Source: a virus (lineage: Duplodnaviria > Caudoviricetes). Taken from it: a stretch of DNA of 57,423 bases. Made by a program: the position numbers and the translations under genes. Shown piece by piece: positions 43,865-53,348 of this stretch. Every line of letters starts with the position of its first letter. Within the stretch, counting starts at the first letter, position 1. The notes beneath the pieces are model-generated. The model was not told the DNA's origin, did not search any database, and saw only the letters and a list, made by a program, of their open reading frames with translations. The stretch covers positions 1 to 57,423 of the IMG/VR virus record IMGVR_UViG_3300030329_003887. One strand, written 5' to 3'.

Positions 43865-46420
43865 TTATACCTCCTTCCAGTTCATGCCTATTTCTGCCTC
43901 TGCTGTATAAGTCAGCCGTGGATTGACCCTTCGCCTTCGGGTCATGGCTGCTTGCAGAAACTCTCTTGTTTTTTCCGCATCCTTTTCCTCTACTTCGAAA
44001 AGGAGCGAGTCATGGCACTGATTAATCAGGCCGGTTTTCCCTTCAAAATCAAAGGGTATTGCTTCAAACTCGACATCATCAACGGCGGTCGTCGAATAGC
44101 CTACATTCCCAGTCACTAGCTGGAGCATAGACTCATGAACAACGACGGCACCGCCTGATTGGATTGGATGATTAACGAGTTCGTTTATCTTTTCTTCATC
44201 TTTGAAGTCCCGCCTTCGACCCCATAGCGGGTCGGCCACGAAACCGTCTTGTCGATAACCATTACGTGTTTTTTCCCACCATTCTGGTATTTCCGGGTCC
44301 GCTTTTTGTAGTCCTCGGACAACGTCTCGAATGTCACGCTTCGTAAGGTGCGCGTAGATGAGTTTCCCATCGTCGTCTTCGACACTGACAACCTGTTCCC
44401 AGATTTTGGGGACGCTTGCTGCGTATTGCCATGCGTATCGGACATTTTTGGTAACGCCTCGCGTAGATTTAAAAGTTCCTTTTCCTTTCTTTGTCCTTTC
44501 TTCCGGCGCGCCGTCGAGGGACCAGATGCTTTTGCCATAAACGATTTCCATTGTTTCATTGTGGGGGTCTAGGCCCGAGTTGATAATGTCTAGAAGCCGG
44601 TCAGCCTCCGCTGTTTCAGCGATGAACCGGAGTTCAAGTTGGTCAGCATCAGCCCCAACAAAGACATGACCTTCTTGTGGAACAAAGATATCCCTCAAAT
44701 CATAAGGAATATTCTGGGCATTCGGTGCACTGGAAGAGTATCGACCCGTAGCAGGCAAACGATTGTACGCGGGATGTACCCGCCCATCAGGCAAAACCAA
44801 TCCACCAGACTTCAGTGGGTTTATATATGTGCTCAATAGCTTAGAGTATCTTCTGATCAGCCTGATCGATTGAATAAAAGTATTCCGCTCTTCATCCAGA
44901 CCGTACTCTGTAAGTATCCGACGAAGAGAATCATCGTCTGTGCTGGGGTCGCCTGACTTCTCGTTGTACTTGACGGGAGACAGATTCCAATCAGAGAAAA
45001 GAATCTTTCGCACTTGGGCAGAGGAGTTGGGATTAAAGTCTTTCGGCCCTATCTGTAAGCATGTGTATCGATGCTCTCGAAGCTCTGACTGAAAGGCAAG
45101 CTCGTGTTGTAGCAGCTTACTCTGGTCTACAAACATTCCCATCTTCTGCATCTTGCAGCCGATATCTTGAAGCGTATGCTCACGCCCAATCAAAGATGTC
45201 TGCTCACGCTTTTTAATGACTCGCCCGAGAGGCTTGGCAATAGCAGCAGTTACTGCACAATCTTTTGCGCAATAAGTGTGCAGCTCATTGTCCGTCCGAG
45301 CATTAACGGCGGTGTGGTCTGACTTCCATGACTCAGTAAAATCAGTGTACCGGGAGCCTACGAAGCCCAAGTTATGGGGCATTTCGTTATTCGCAAGCAG
45401 GTGCAGAAGAAGCGTATCTGCAGAAAGGTGAGGTGTTATTCCGAAAAACCTTTCACAAACAAGGCGGTCATACTGCCCAGCGTTATGCCCAAGGAGTGGG
45501 ACAGGGGGATTCGTGAGATAGTCAGAGATTAAGTTCTTGACCATGTGTTCATCAAAGAGACTGAAGAACCGGGTTTTCCCATCAATACTCAAGATAGGGA
45601 TCACCATACTGAAGCTGGTATTGGCAAAACCGATACAACGTAGACGCGCCTCCATGGGATTCTTGGCATCGGTCTCAACGTCGTAGGCAACAGGCTTACC
45701 CATCTGGGTCAGCTTATAGAAGCCATCAACGACATCCTGAACAGTAGTGGGAAAGAAGAGTTGGGGATCTTTCCAAGAAAGTTTCCCAGCAAAAAACCTA
45801 CTACCCTTGGCGATGTCGTGTTGAAAAGTATCTCGCCACTTGGGCGACATGATTACGAATGCGGGGTGCAACGTGTGGACCACTTGGATCTCGATAGAAG
45901 AATCCCAAGGAGCCGGAATCGTCTCGCACGTCCCGCGAAGTTTCATTATTGAGGGGTTGCCACCCCTTAAAGCAGCAGAAGCATCTGCGCCTAAACATAT
46001 GAATTTATTGAATTTTTTAAGGTTAGAATAAAGTCGAGGGCGACATGCATTGTGGGGCGTTGGCCACTGCTCTTGGTCTTTATTCCTTCTGGTCCGGTTC
46101 CTTCTACCGAGTCGGAGCATGTAACCGGAGAGGTCATTCTCTTTGGGCCGACAGCCCAGAACATTATCCAGAAAACAATCTGTCCTCTTTATCCCAACCA
46201 GCTCCAGAGCAGCCTGAAGTTCTAGACCGCCCGGACCCACAAAGGGGCGTCCTTCTTGAACTTCATGTCCGCCGGGGAAGTCTCCGATAATCGCAATCCG
46301 ATCATCCGAATGTTCTTCCGCCCCGACTGGACTGAAATCGCCGGAGCGATGCAGGTCGCACCCCAAAGGGCACGACCTGCAAAGGGCTCCATTCAACGGT
46401 TGGAGTTGACTACTCATCAT
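43865..46420 (-). CDS. polA: Family A DNA polymerase with N-terminal family-4-like uracil-DNA glycosylase domain and 3'-5' exonuclease
   Basis: UDG-like: CRSC, IIGDFPG..E...GRPFVGPGG, NVLGCRP, C, TLHPAF; Exo: YDVET, HNAGQYD, YCAKD; Pol: TGRYSS..PNAQN, motif A DADQLELR, motif B RGVTKNVRYAWQY, motif C HDS. Confidence 0.92.
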   Translation of the reverse strand: MMSSQLQPLNGALCRSCPLGCDLHRSGDFSPVGAEEHSDDRIAIIGDFPGGHEVQEGRPFVGPGGLELQAALELVGIKRTDCFLDNVLGCRPKENDLSGYMLRLGRRNRTRRNKDQEQWPTPHNACRPRLYSNLKKFNKFICLGADASAALRGGNPSIMKLRGTCETIPAPWDSSIEIQVVHTLHPAFVIMSPKWRDTFQHDIAKGSRFFAGKLSWKDPQLFFPTTVQDVVDGFYKLTQMGKPVAYDVETDAKNPMEARLRCIGFANTSFSMVIPILSIDGKTRFFSLFDEHMVKNLISDYLTNPPVPLLGHNAGQYDRLVCERFFGITPHLSADTLLLHLLANNEMPHNLGFVGSRYTDFTESWKSDHTAVNARTDNELHTYCAKDCAVTAAIAKPLGRVIKKREQTSLIGREHTLQDIGCKMQKMGMFVDQSKLLQHELAFQSELREHRYTCLQIGPKDFNPNSSAQVRKILFSDWNLSPVKYNEKSGDPSTDDDSLRRILTEYGLDEERNTFIQSIRLIRRYSKLLSTYINPLKSGGLVLPDGRVHPAYNRLPATGRYSSSAPNAQNIPYDLRDIFVPQEGHVFVGADADQLELRFIAETAEADRLLDIINSGLDPHNETMEIVYGKSIWSLDGAPEERTKKGKGTFKSTRGVTKNVRYAWQYAASVPKIWEQVVSVEDDDGKLIYAHLTKRDIRDVVRGLQKADPEIPEWWEKTRNGYRQDGFVADPLWGRRRDFKDEEKINELVNHPIQSGGAVVVHESMLQLVTGNVGYSTTAVDDVEFEAIPFDFEGKTGLINQCHDSLLFEVEEKDAEKTREFLQAAMTRRRRVNPRLTYTAEAEIGMNWKEV

Positions 46421-46949
46421 CGATTAGAAAATCGTAGTCATCACCAGCAGCGGGTGCAGCCGAAGGTTTTTCTTCAGCTTTTGGTGCAGCAGCTTCAACT
46501 TCAAAATCAGCAGAAGAGTCTTCGTCACTTACGACAGGAGACCAAGCTGACATCTGATCCCACTGAGCCTTGGGATAGAAGACGTAGCGGGCGTAGCTAC
46601 CGTCTTTTCGCTGACCACTACTGTCAACTTCAGCAGGGGTGTACTGGAAGTAAACGGTGCGTCCAGTGAACTTGTGGAATGGGATCTTTCCACTACTTTG
46701 AAGCTTTGACTCGTCAACACCAGCGGACACCAGAAACGCCTTAACAAAAGGGAGTGTCTTAGGGTTAGCCAAACCAAAGCTCTCACGGTGGCGGATACCA
46801 TCTGTAAGAATATATGCATACAGGCGGTTCGAATCTTCGAAGTACTTAAACTCGACGATTGTTCCTTGGTGCAAACCTGCAGGCAAAATGCCGAGTCCCC
46901 CGGCAGTACTGACGTTCGTAAAATCTAAATCAAGGGCAATTGTTTCCAT
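46410..46949 (-). CDS. Putative single-stranded DNA-binding protein
   Basis: LPAGLHQGTI OB-like start, acidic C-terminal tail DDYDFLIDDE; between Sak4-like gene and polymerase. Confidence 0.65.
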   Translation of the reverse strand: METIALDLDFTNVSTAGGLGILPAGLHQGTIVEFKYFEDSNRLYAYILTDGIRHRESFGLANPKTLPFVKAFLVSAGVDESKLQSSGKIPFHKFTGRTVYFQYTPAEVDSSGQRKDGSYARYVFYPKAQWDQMSAWSPVVSDEDSSADFEVEAAAPKAEEKPSAAPAAGDDYDFLIDDE

Positions 46950-47027
46950 TGGAAACTCCAGATGTTTATTGTGAAATGAGGTTTGATAGCCGCTCCCGCA
47001 CAGGGAGGTAAATCCATACGGAAACGA

Positions 47028-47930
47028 CTACCAATCCTCGGAGGTTTTCTCGACAAACATTTCGTCGAGAAGATTGTTGCGGGCGTTCAACAAGATGGCT
47101 CGATGAAGCGCGTCCTGCATAGCCCAACGAATATGGGGAAGTGGGTATTTCGATTGCAGCTTATCAGCAGCGGGCTTTAAAGTCTGCCGCCAGTCTAATA
47201 AGCTACCTTCCAATAGCTTTTTGCTGAGCTGGTCAACGATCTTTTCTTGCCACTCTAAGCCTTTGGGGCGGGGGAAATCGTAGCCCGCACAACGGAGAGC
47301 TTCGGCAAGGTTTATCGGTGCGGGGTCTGGAAAAACAGCAAGCCGGTCACCGCTTACGAACTCGGCATCCGGGCCAGTGCGCAACACATACTTCCAAGGC
47401 GAAGCGGTTGCATCAAACTGAACCCGAGCAACGACATCTGCAAAAGCAGAAAACTGTTCTGGAAGTTGACCCGGCAACTTTGGGCCACCCCGAACGTACT
47501 TACCCGATGAAGTCTTAGGTGGGGTTTCATGGCAGTTAAAGATAACGTGCGTTCCCTTGGCTGTGGCTGTCCGAGCAGCATCCCGCATCAAGAGAACTTG
47601 GTGCCGCAAAGCTCTCCACATGTCACCGAAAGAATGTTTTTGCTCAAGTTGTTGAACGGTCTGCTCAACGAGAAGGGAGAAATCATCCACCACAATCGTG
47701 GGGTATTTGCCTGCGTTAGAAGACACTGCTTTTGCAGCAGACTCCACATCTTTCGGGCAAAGATATTCTATGCCTTCGAGCCCCAAGAAGTTTGTGACGG
47801 GAAGTAATCCACCGGGCTGCGCAATAAACAAACCGCCCGCACCAGCAGCGCCAGTCGCTGTGCTCTTACCGGTTTTGGATGGTCCGTAGATTACGGCTAA
47901 GACTCCTGAACTATCTACTTTCTTAAGCAT
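47028..47930 (-). CDS. Sak4-like/AAA_24 P-loop ATPase (recombination)
   Basis: IYGPSKTGKS, TIVVDDFS, HVIFNCHE, GPKLPG, ADVVAR. Confidence 0.8.
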   Translation of the reverse strand: MLKKVDSSGVLAVIYGPSKTGKSTATGAAGAGGLFIAQPGGLLPVTNFLGLEGIEYLCPKDVESAAKAVSSNAGKYPTIVVDDFSLLVEQTVQQLEQKHSFGDMWRALRHQVLLMRDAARTATAKGTHVIFNCHETPPKTSSGKYVRGGPKLPGQLPEQFSAFADVVARVQFDATASPWKYVLRTGPDAEFVSGDRLAVFPDPAPINLAEALRCAGYDFPRPKGLEWQEKIVDQLSKKLLEGSLLDWRQTLKPAADKLQSKYPLPHIRWAMQDALHRAILLNARNNLLDEMFVEKTSEDW

Positions 47931-48738
47931 TCTCTATTCCCCATTGGCATTGCTCAAACGCATCACACTTTCCATACTTGTGTGTGCAAATCATGTTGGA
48001 AAAAACTCCGGGCCATTCCATAGGAGGTCGGCCCTCATACTTTTGAACCATTTCTTCTACTTCACAGATGTTGGAAACAAACGTGGAGAGAGCGTGTGGA
48101 GCAGGCTCCAACGTGGCTCGATTAAACTGAAAGGGTGCCCGAGTTGTCAGGCGATTGATGATTACACCGCCGAAATCTTTTCCATAACGAGCACGCCCGA
48201 ACATTTGATAGCCAAGCATTTGACCATCGAGGATGTGGGGAGTGAGAGTAACAGAAGTGATTCTGAAAGCTGTCTTGTGGTCCACAATCCAGACTTTCCC
48301 GAACTGGTCTTTCACAATCAAATCGGCGCGTTGTGTATATAGCCACGTACCCCGGAGCTTAGCCCGCAACTCCTCTTCAACAGAAACAACTTCCCAGTTA
48401 TGGTCATCGCCCCAGTGCAGTTGGTATGCATTTACCATATCGCAACAGTGATCAACCAAGTCCATCCATTGTCCACCATTCTTTTCTGCCAACTTCAAGA
48501 TGGCATCCATCGGGGTGTAATAAAGGTTTGGATCACGTCCTGCATCGACTTGTTGTTTACGGGCATAGACATGGGCCAAACCGATATGGACTAAGGAACC
48601 CCGGATAAGCGGCTCGCTTTCTGGGAACGGGACAATACCACTTTCCCGCAAAGCAAACATGCGTAGGCAACGAGCAGCGGATTCGATTCGGTGCCAGCCC
48701 CTCTCAGATGGGCCAGCGTCTAGCAGTATTTTCGACAT
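47923..48738 (-). CDS. PD-(D/E)XK nuclease, Cas4/RecB-like
   Basis: N-terminal C, GSLVH, VEEE, ADL...IVDHKT, QMLGY, C-terminal C..KYGKC....C (Fe-S-type Cys). Confidence 0.8.
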   Translation of the reverse strand: MSKILLDAGPSERGWHRIESAARCLRMFALRESGIVPFPESEPLIRGSLVHIGLAHVYARKQQVDAGRDPNLYYTPMDAILKLAEKNGGQWMDLVDHCCDMVNAYQLHWGDDHNWEVVSVEEELRAKLRGTWLYTQRADLIVKDQFGKVWIVDHKTAFRITSVTLTPHILDGQMLGYQMFGRARYGKDFGGVIINRLTTRAPFQFNRATLEPAPHALSTFVSNICEVEEMVQKYEGRPPMEWPGVFSNMICTHKYGKCDAFEQCQWGIENA

Positions 48739-48831
48739 TGGTTTCCTGTGTAAAAGGACTGGCTTTTAATCATGCTGGATTAAAGTGTTTTCAAAGCCAG
48801 AGAAAAGATTGACACTCGTTTGGAGATAGAA

Positions 48832-48914
48832 GAGGTGAAGGCCCCACACTCTAGATGGGGACATGCTCAGCCCCGAGCAGAGCCGACTTGAACGGCGCAT
48901 GAGGCCCTCACCCC
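48832..48914 (-). ncRNA. Candidate small structured RNA / 5' leader
   Basis: 18-bp closing stem GGGGTGAGGGCCTCATGC/GTGTGGGGCCTTCACCTC; internal GCCG-TTCAAGT-CGGC (T-loop-like) and TGCTC-GGGGCT-GAGCA whose loop can pair with downstream GTCCCC. Confidence 0.5.
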
Positions 48915-48917
48915 TAT

Positions 48918-48945
48918 AGGTTATCAGGTGTACAACAGATGTCAA
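48918..48945 (-). promoter_or_regulatory. Sigma70-like promoter candidate driving the structured RNA and recombination genes
   Basis: TTGACA-16 nt-TAACCT with TGn extended -10; predicted start falls at the first G run of the stem. Confidence 0.55.
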
Positions 48946-50552
48946 CCACCTGATGCACGAATAATGCGAGAAAGTAGATCCTCGTCGGACGACGAAAACG
49001 ATTCTTCAAACTCACGGACCATTTCATCGCTTGCCACAGCCCCAACTGCTGGCAGCTTGTCGAGCAGTACCTCGCTCACGTCTTCATCGACTGTGCCCTC
49101 TGCGATGATGTACGAAATGAGAACTGGCCGATCTTGGCCGAGGCGAACAAAGCGCCCTTCCCACTGTCGTATCTGTCGGGGGGTCCAAGGAAGCATTACG
49201 ATTAATGCCAGATCTGTTTTCTGGAGATTAATGGATTCACCCATTGAGTCCCCGGTAGCAATCAGCACACCACTGCCCGGTGTCTTCATATACTCATCCC
49301 GAATCTCATCACGCCGGTCAGTCGTTATTCCACCATGGGCCCACCAAAGATTAGTCTTCAGCTTCTTCTTTCGGAAATGTTTTTCCACACTCTCCGCTAG
49401 CTGTTCACAGTCTTTGCGTCTGCCCGTAAAAACAGTGACCTTTTGTCCAGAAGCAACAGCCTCCGAAACTTTTTCCAGAACATACTTACGCTTCCGTGTG
49501 GCTGCCTCCTGTAAATAAACTTCGAAGAGACCTTCTTGATTTCCCATTCGAGAAGCTTTCTTTATCTCTTGTTGGAAGCCTCCCGCAGCACGGTTCTGTT
49601 CTTCTTGGCTAAGGTGAACGACCTGCCTCCGCTTGGGGGGAAGGTTTGCAACAATAGATTTCTGGCTGGTCTTGTATTTGACTGGAGCTAATCTCTTATT
49701 CAGCTCTGCTGCATTACTGAGGCCCTCGTACTTCCAGCCATATGTGTCTTCAAAACCAGCACAGTACCGAACACCGAACTGGTGGTAGGTGCCCCACTGC
49801 CATGGCTCCACTAAATCCAGTTGAGCCCACAGGTCTCGTGGTCGATTGGGTATGGGGGTAGCGGTCAATCCTAGACGACGCCCGGAATTTTTGGCAAGTG
49901 CGCTAGAACTTGCAGAAATGTTTTTACGGGATCTCCAAGTCTTGGTCCCGTCAGCTTGGATTACCGGGGTTACCCGCTTCGGGTTCTTGGCGCAGTGGAT
50001 CTCATCGAAGACCACACTGTCGGGAGCATACCTGCAGAGGGTAGGTGCCCAGTGAATCAGAGTTTCCCACGCCGTGATGTAAATGCAGTCAGATTTTGGG
50101 ATAAAGCTCTCTGCCTTTTGACCTGTCAAGACTACGGGCTGAAGTGTTGTGTACTTCCGAACTTCCTCTCGCCATGTACCCCTCGCCATAGCGCGGGTGA
50201 CAACCAACTTCATCCTAGGCCCAGCAGAACACAACCACACTAAACCGCAGAGAGTTTTCCCAGAACCGGGTGGTGCCCAGATGCTGGCAGCAGTTTGGTT
50301 CAAGACATGGGAAAGGGAAGTCAACTGGTGAGGCATCAGAAAGTTTTCGACCCAAGGGTGCAGAGCAGAACTCTTCAGCGTTTGGTTCAAGACTGCCTGA
50401 CCTGAGTAGGTTCGTCCCTCCCCCCACCCCAAAAGCCCTGCGGCATTGTTGGGTACTCTGTATCCAGATTTGTTTTTGTTCTTCCAAACACCGGGCACAC
50501 CTTCTGCCCATGCAGGTACAGAATCGGCCCATCTAAAAAGTTCATTAGGCAT
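48942..50552 (-). CDS. SNF2/SF2-type DNA helicase
   Basis: APPGSGKT, VFDEIH, LTATP, GESINLQ, QWEGRFVRLGQ. Confidence 0.88.
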   Translation of the reverse strand: MPNELFRWADSVPAWAEGVPGVWKNKNKSGYRVPNNAAGLLGWGEGRTYSGQAVLNQTLKSSALHPWVENFLMPHQLTSLSHVLNQTAASIWAPPGSGKTLCGLVWLCSAGPRMKLVVTRAMARGTWREEVRKYTTLQPVVLTGQKAESFIPKSDCIYITAWETLIHWAPTLCRYAPDSVVFDEIHCAKNPKRVTPVIQADGTKTWRSRKNISASSSALAKNSGRRLGLTATPIPNRPRDLWAQLDLVEPWQWGTYHQFGVRYCAGFEDTYGWKYEGLSNAAELNKRLAPVKYKTSQKSIVANLPPKRRQVVHLSQEEQNRAAGGFQQEIKKASRMGNQEGLFEVYLQEAATRKRKYVLEKVSEAVASGQKVTVFTGRRKDCEQLAESVEKHFRKKKLKTNLWWAHGGITTDRRDEIRDEYMKTPGSGVLIATGDSMGESINLQKTDLALIVMLPWTPRQIRQWEGRFVRLGQDRPVLISYIIAEGTVDEDVSEVLLDKLPAVGAVASDEMVREFEESFSSSDEDLLSRIIRASGG

Positions 50553-50566
50553 ACGTTCTCCATGTG

Positions 50567-50651
50567 TGGTGTCCGAGGCGGGAATCGAACCCGCATGGCA
50601 TAAGCCGAGAGATTTTAAATCTCTTGTGTCTACCTATTCCACCACTCGGAC
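50567..50651 (-). tRNA. tRNA-Leu(UAA)
   Basis: GTCCGAG acceptor, D-loop GG, anticodon arm AGAGA-TTTAAAA-TCTCT, long variable arm, GGTTCGATTCC T-arm, discriminator A, encoded CCA. Confidence 0.93.
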
Positions 50652-50655
50652 GTGG

Positions 50656-52863
50656 TTAGTTAGCGGGAAACTGGACAACAGTGGACGCTTTTGCTTTCGG
50701 TTTGGATAGTCCGATGTAAGCTCGGAACCTTGTCCCAGCTAAGCGCGCCATCTTCGTCTCGACCTTGGGCAAAGAGATTACAGCTAAGTGAAACTCTGCC
50801 TCTGATTTAATGTCGAGTTGTCCAAGTCGTTCACACCATTCTCGATAAGAACCATAGAGCAGTTCGCAGGGTACGCAGTTCTCCAGAACTGAATCCGCAA
50901 TACGTGGTGCAAGTCTAGGCTTGTAGTTCTGAAGGATGGAGAGAAGACCGAACCTCTTCAGGTCATCCAAGAACCCATCAATGCTGGACTTACTGGCTTT
51001 CTGTACTCTTCGTCTTGCCTCTGTATCCAGAGGATTAGCAATCAACTTCCAATCAATGTTCATGTTGTAAAGCTGTTCAGCATAAGCATTTATTTCATCA
51101 CGAAAACTATTATCAAATGTTCCAGTGTGGGAGTTGAAGCACCCACGCAAAGTCTTTCGGTATTCAGGAGTTGGGTAAGCAGCAGCAAGCACAGTCACAC
51201 GTCGATCATTCTCATCAAGCACAAGGGGTCTTCTGTTATTGGAAGTCATCCACCAAGACATTCTATTCTTTACTTTCATTCGGGCAGCATAAGGGGCAGC
51301 GCAGTGAACTTCTTCGTCCGTGATGTACCCTTTAAGCTCATTGATTACGTCAGTTGACCGAGGGTCTACACCAACTTCATCTGCCAGCACAAGCAAAGCA
51401 GTGACATAGCTGGAGTTGAATCGGTCTCTCAAGGCACGATTGGAAACAACAGATACATTACCGGGACCAATAATCTCGGAAAGGATTCTCCCATACAGGC
51501 TCTTACCGATGCCTTGGTAGGGAGAGAGCGCAATCACAGCTACCATCGATCGCCGTTCAGGATTCTGAATCAGTGCTGCCGACCAGTTGATTAACCACTC
51601 CCGAGACTTCGGGTCATGGTTGCAGAGGACGTCTATTATCTTAGAGATTCTGTCCCAGCTCCCCGCTCTTGGCTCGACTTGTGGCTTGGCATACAGATTA
51701 ATCATCCGGCCACGCTTCGTTCTAAGAATCGATTCTCCCTTGGAGCTACAATCAAAACCATAAGCTTGGCGGGAAAGTATGTGGTCTACAAGAGAATGCG
51801 CATGACGACTGTCACAACCAGACGGGAGCAATCCAATCAGATGATCGACTAAAGTATCCTTGCGAGTAGGCATGGACACTTGCCATGCGCCCTGTTCTCT
51901 TCGGTAGAAAACTCCCTGCGGTGAGCAGTAGACTATTTTCTTTTCCGCATATTCAACAAGCTGTTCTGGAAGTTCTCCAAGTCGGAGCATCCGAGCATCT
52001 ACACTACGGGGTGGAGACTTCTTGGCTTTGTCTCTACCCTTCTTCAACCAGAACTGGTGGCCTTCATGTTTGTGCCGTTCGCTTGTACACTGAATGAACG
52101 CACGGCCATCAGCCATGACTCTAAGGAAAGCTGAACCAAAAGAGGATCCCTCTTCAAAGGGACAAGCACATCGAGTCTTTCCTTCCCCTTTAGCAATCAG
52201 GTCTTTGACTGTCGCAGTCCCAGACTGCAGTGACAGAACAGTTTCTGTAGATAACTCTGTAGACTTCTTAACCTTGGGCACAGCAAGAACATCTACGTCC
52301 ACAGCTTTTCCAGAAGTCTCAAAATCTCCCACGTATTCCTCCGCGTTTACTCGCTTAACAGGTAATGCGTAATGTCTCGCAACATCACGACATTGACTGT
52401 CCACACCATCGATAAAGTCGATAAGCGAAAGACCATTTTCCCATACGTGTTTGAACTCATGCGGGAGAATGTCTCTACTGGTGAAAAGTACCAGCCGGAA
52501 TCGTGGGTTAGATTTTGTGTGGCTCCAAGTCGTGTACAAGGCGAAGGCGCGTCTGTCCTTCCTCAGTCTCTGGGCAACCGCTTTCGGGTCTACTGTAGTA
52601 GAATCAAAATCATAGACGAGAGCAGTCAGCTTCTCGACGTTGCAGTTCTTTCTTGTTGTCCCGTCTTTGTAAATGGCGGGTGACCAGCAAGAAAGAAACT
52701 TTTTCTGGACACTCTCAGCTTTAACTGGTGGTGACTTGAATAGTTTTTCTAACTGACGTATATGTTTGACACTAACTTTTGCAGGGCTTACACTAGTGAA
52801 GCCACCTTTAAAAATAGATATCGCCCACGGAAGGTAACCTCCCGAATCTACTGTTCTCTGCAC
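50656..52863 (-). CDS. Primase-helicase fusion (AEP-like primase + Zn motif + SF3 helicase)
   Basis: LVYDFD, YTTWSH, PRFRLVL (primase motifs); CACP...C...H; QGIGKS, LVLADE, MTSN, DRR (SF3 motifs). Confidence 0.85.
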   Translation of the reverse strand: MQRTVDSGGYLPWAISIFKGGFTSVSPAKVSVKHIRQLEKLFKSPPVKAESVQKKFLSCWSPAIYKDGTTRKNCNVEKLTALVYDFDSTTVDPKAVAQRLRKDRRAFALYTTWSHTKSNPRFRLVLFTSRDILPHEFKHVWENGLSLIDFIDGVDSQCRDVARHYALPVKRVNAEEYVGDFETSGKAVDVDVLAVPKVKKSTELSTETVLSLQSGTATVKDLIAKGEGKTRCACPFEEGSSFGSAFLRVMADGRAFIQCTSERHKHEGHQFWLKKGRDKAKKSPPRSVDARMLRLGELPEQLVEYAEKKIVYCSPQGVFYRREQGAWQVSMPTRKDTLVDHLIGLLPSGCDSRHAHSLVDHILSRQAYGFDCSSKGESILRTKRGRMINLYAKPQVEPRAGSWDRISKIIDVLCNHDPKSREWLINWSAALIQNPERRSMVAVIALSPYQGIGKSLYGRILSEIIGPGNVSVVSNRALRDRFNSSYVTALLVLADEVGVDPRSTDVINELKGYITDEEVHCAAPYAARMKVKNRMSWWMTSNNRRPLVLDENDRRVTVLAAAYPTPEYRKTLRGCFNSHTGTFDNSFRDEINAYAEQLYNMNIDWKLIANPLDTEARRRVQKASKSSIDGFLDDLKRFGLLSILQNYKPRLAPRIADSVLENCVPCELLYGSYREWCERLGQLDIKSEAEFHLAVISLPKVETKMARLAGTRFRAYIGLSKPKAKASTVVQFPAN

Positions 52864-52928
52864 TGCCTTACCTCTCCGTAGCTCCTCGATTCTTCCTTGC
52901 CAGTCGGATCGGGGAGCTTTTCTTTTGT

Positions 52929-53333
52929 TTAGATTTTTGTTTTCTCCCAGACAAGTGGCCGATCGCCACCTCTGACTCGAATCTGTCGTCGCTCATATCC
53001 CGCCGCTTTGAGTAAACGTCCCGCCCATATCTTTACGTCATGCTCTGCAATCAAAGGCTTGTCTGCGAAACAAGTAGAGAGCAAGTCATCCATAGTAAAG
53101 ACATTCCTTTCCGCACTCCCAGAACCCGAAAGCTCATGCGCTGTACGGAGCAAAGTCGCAGCGTCCAGAGTATCATAACGGCTAGCCGGAGCTTGTACAC
53201 TCGGGCCAACCTTACCGAAACTCGCAGAACACAGGGACAGAGCTAACTCAAGAATCTTTCCTTTGGAAAGTTGGGTGGATAACATCAAAGATTCTAGGGA
53301 TTCCTTAATGCTGTCGGCTGTTGGGTCATGCAT
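52929..53333 (-). CDS. Hypothetical protein, possibly winged-helix DNA binding
   Basis: ATG 53333 with GGAGG RBS; AGRLLKAAGYERRQIRVRG. Confidence 0.65.
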   Translation of the reverse strand: MHDPTADSIKESLESLMLSTQLSKGKILELALSLCSASFGKVGPSVQAPASRYDTLDAATLLRTAHELSGSGSAERNVFTMDDLLSTCFADKPLIAEHDVKIWAGRLLKAAGYERRQIRVRGGDRPLVWEKTKI

Positions 53334-53348
53334 ATCGCACCTCCAGTT

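Noticed and set aside
47923-48738. Cas4-like gene as part of a CRISPR-Cas system
   Set aside because: No cas1/cas2 or array; stand-alone Cas4-like nucleases next to Sak4/SSB are normal phage recombination genes.
48890-48936. Pistol-ribozyme-like 3' end (ATCAGGTG..CAA) on the + strand
   Set aside because: The upstream P1/pseudoknot and conserved linker are absent; the sequence is better explained as a - strand promoter spacer.
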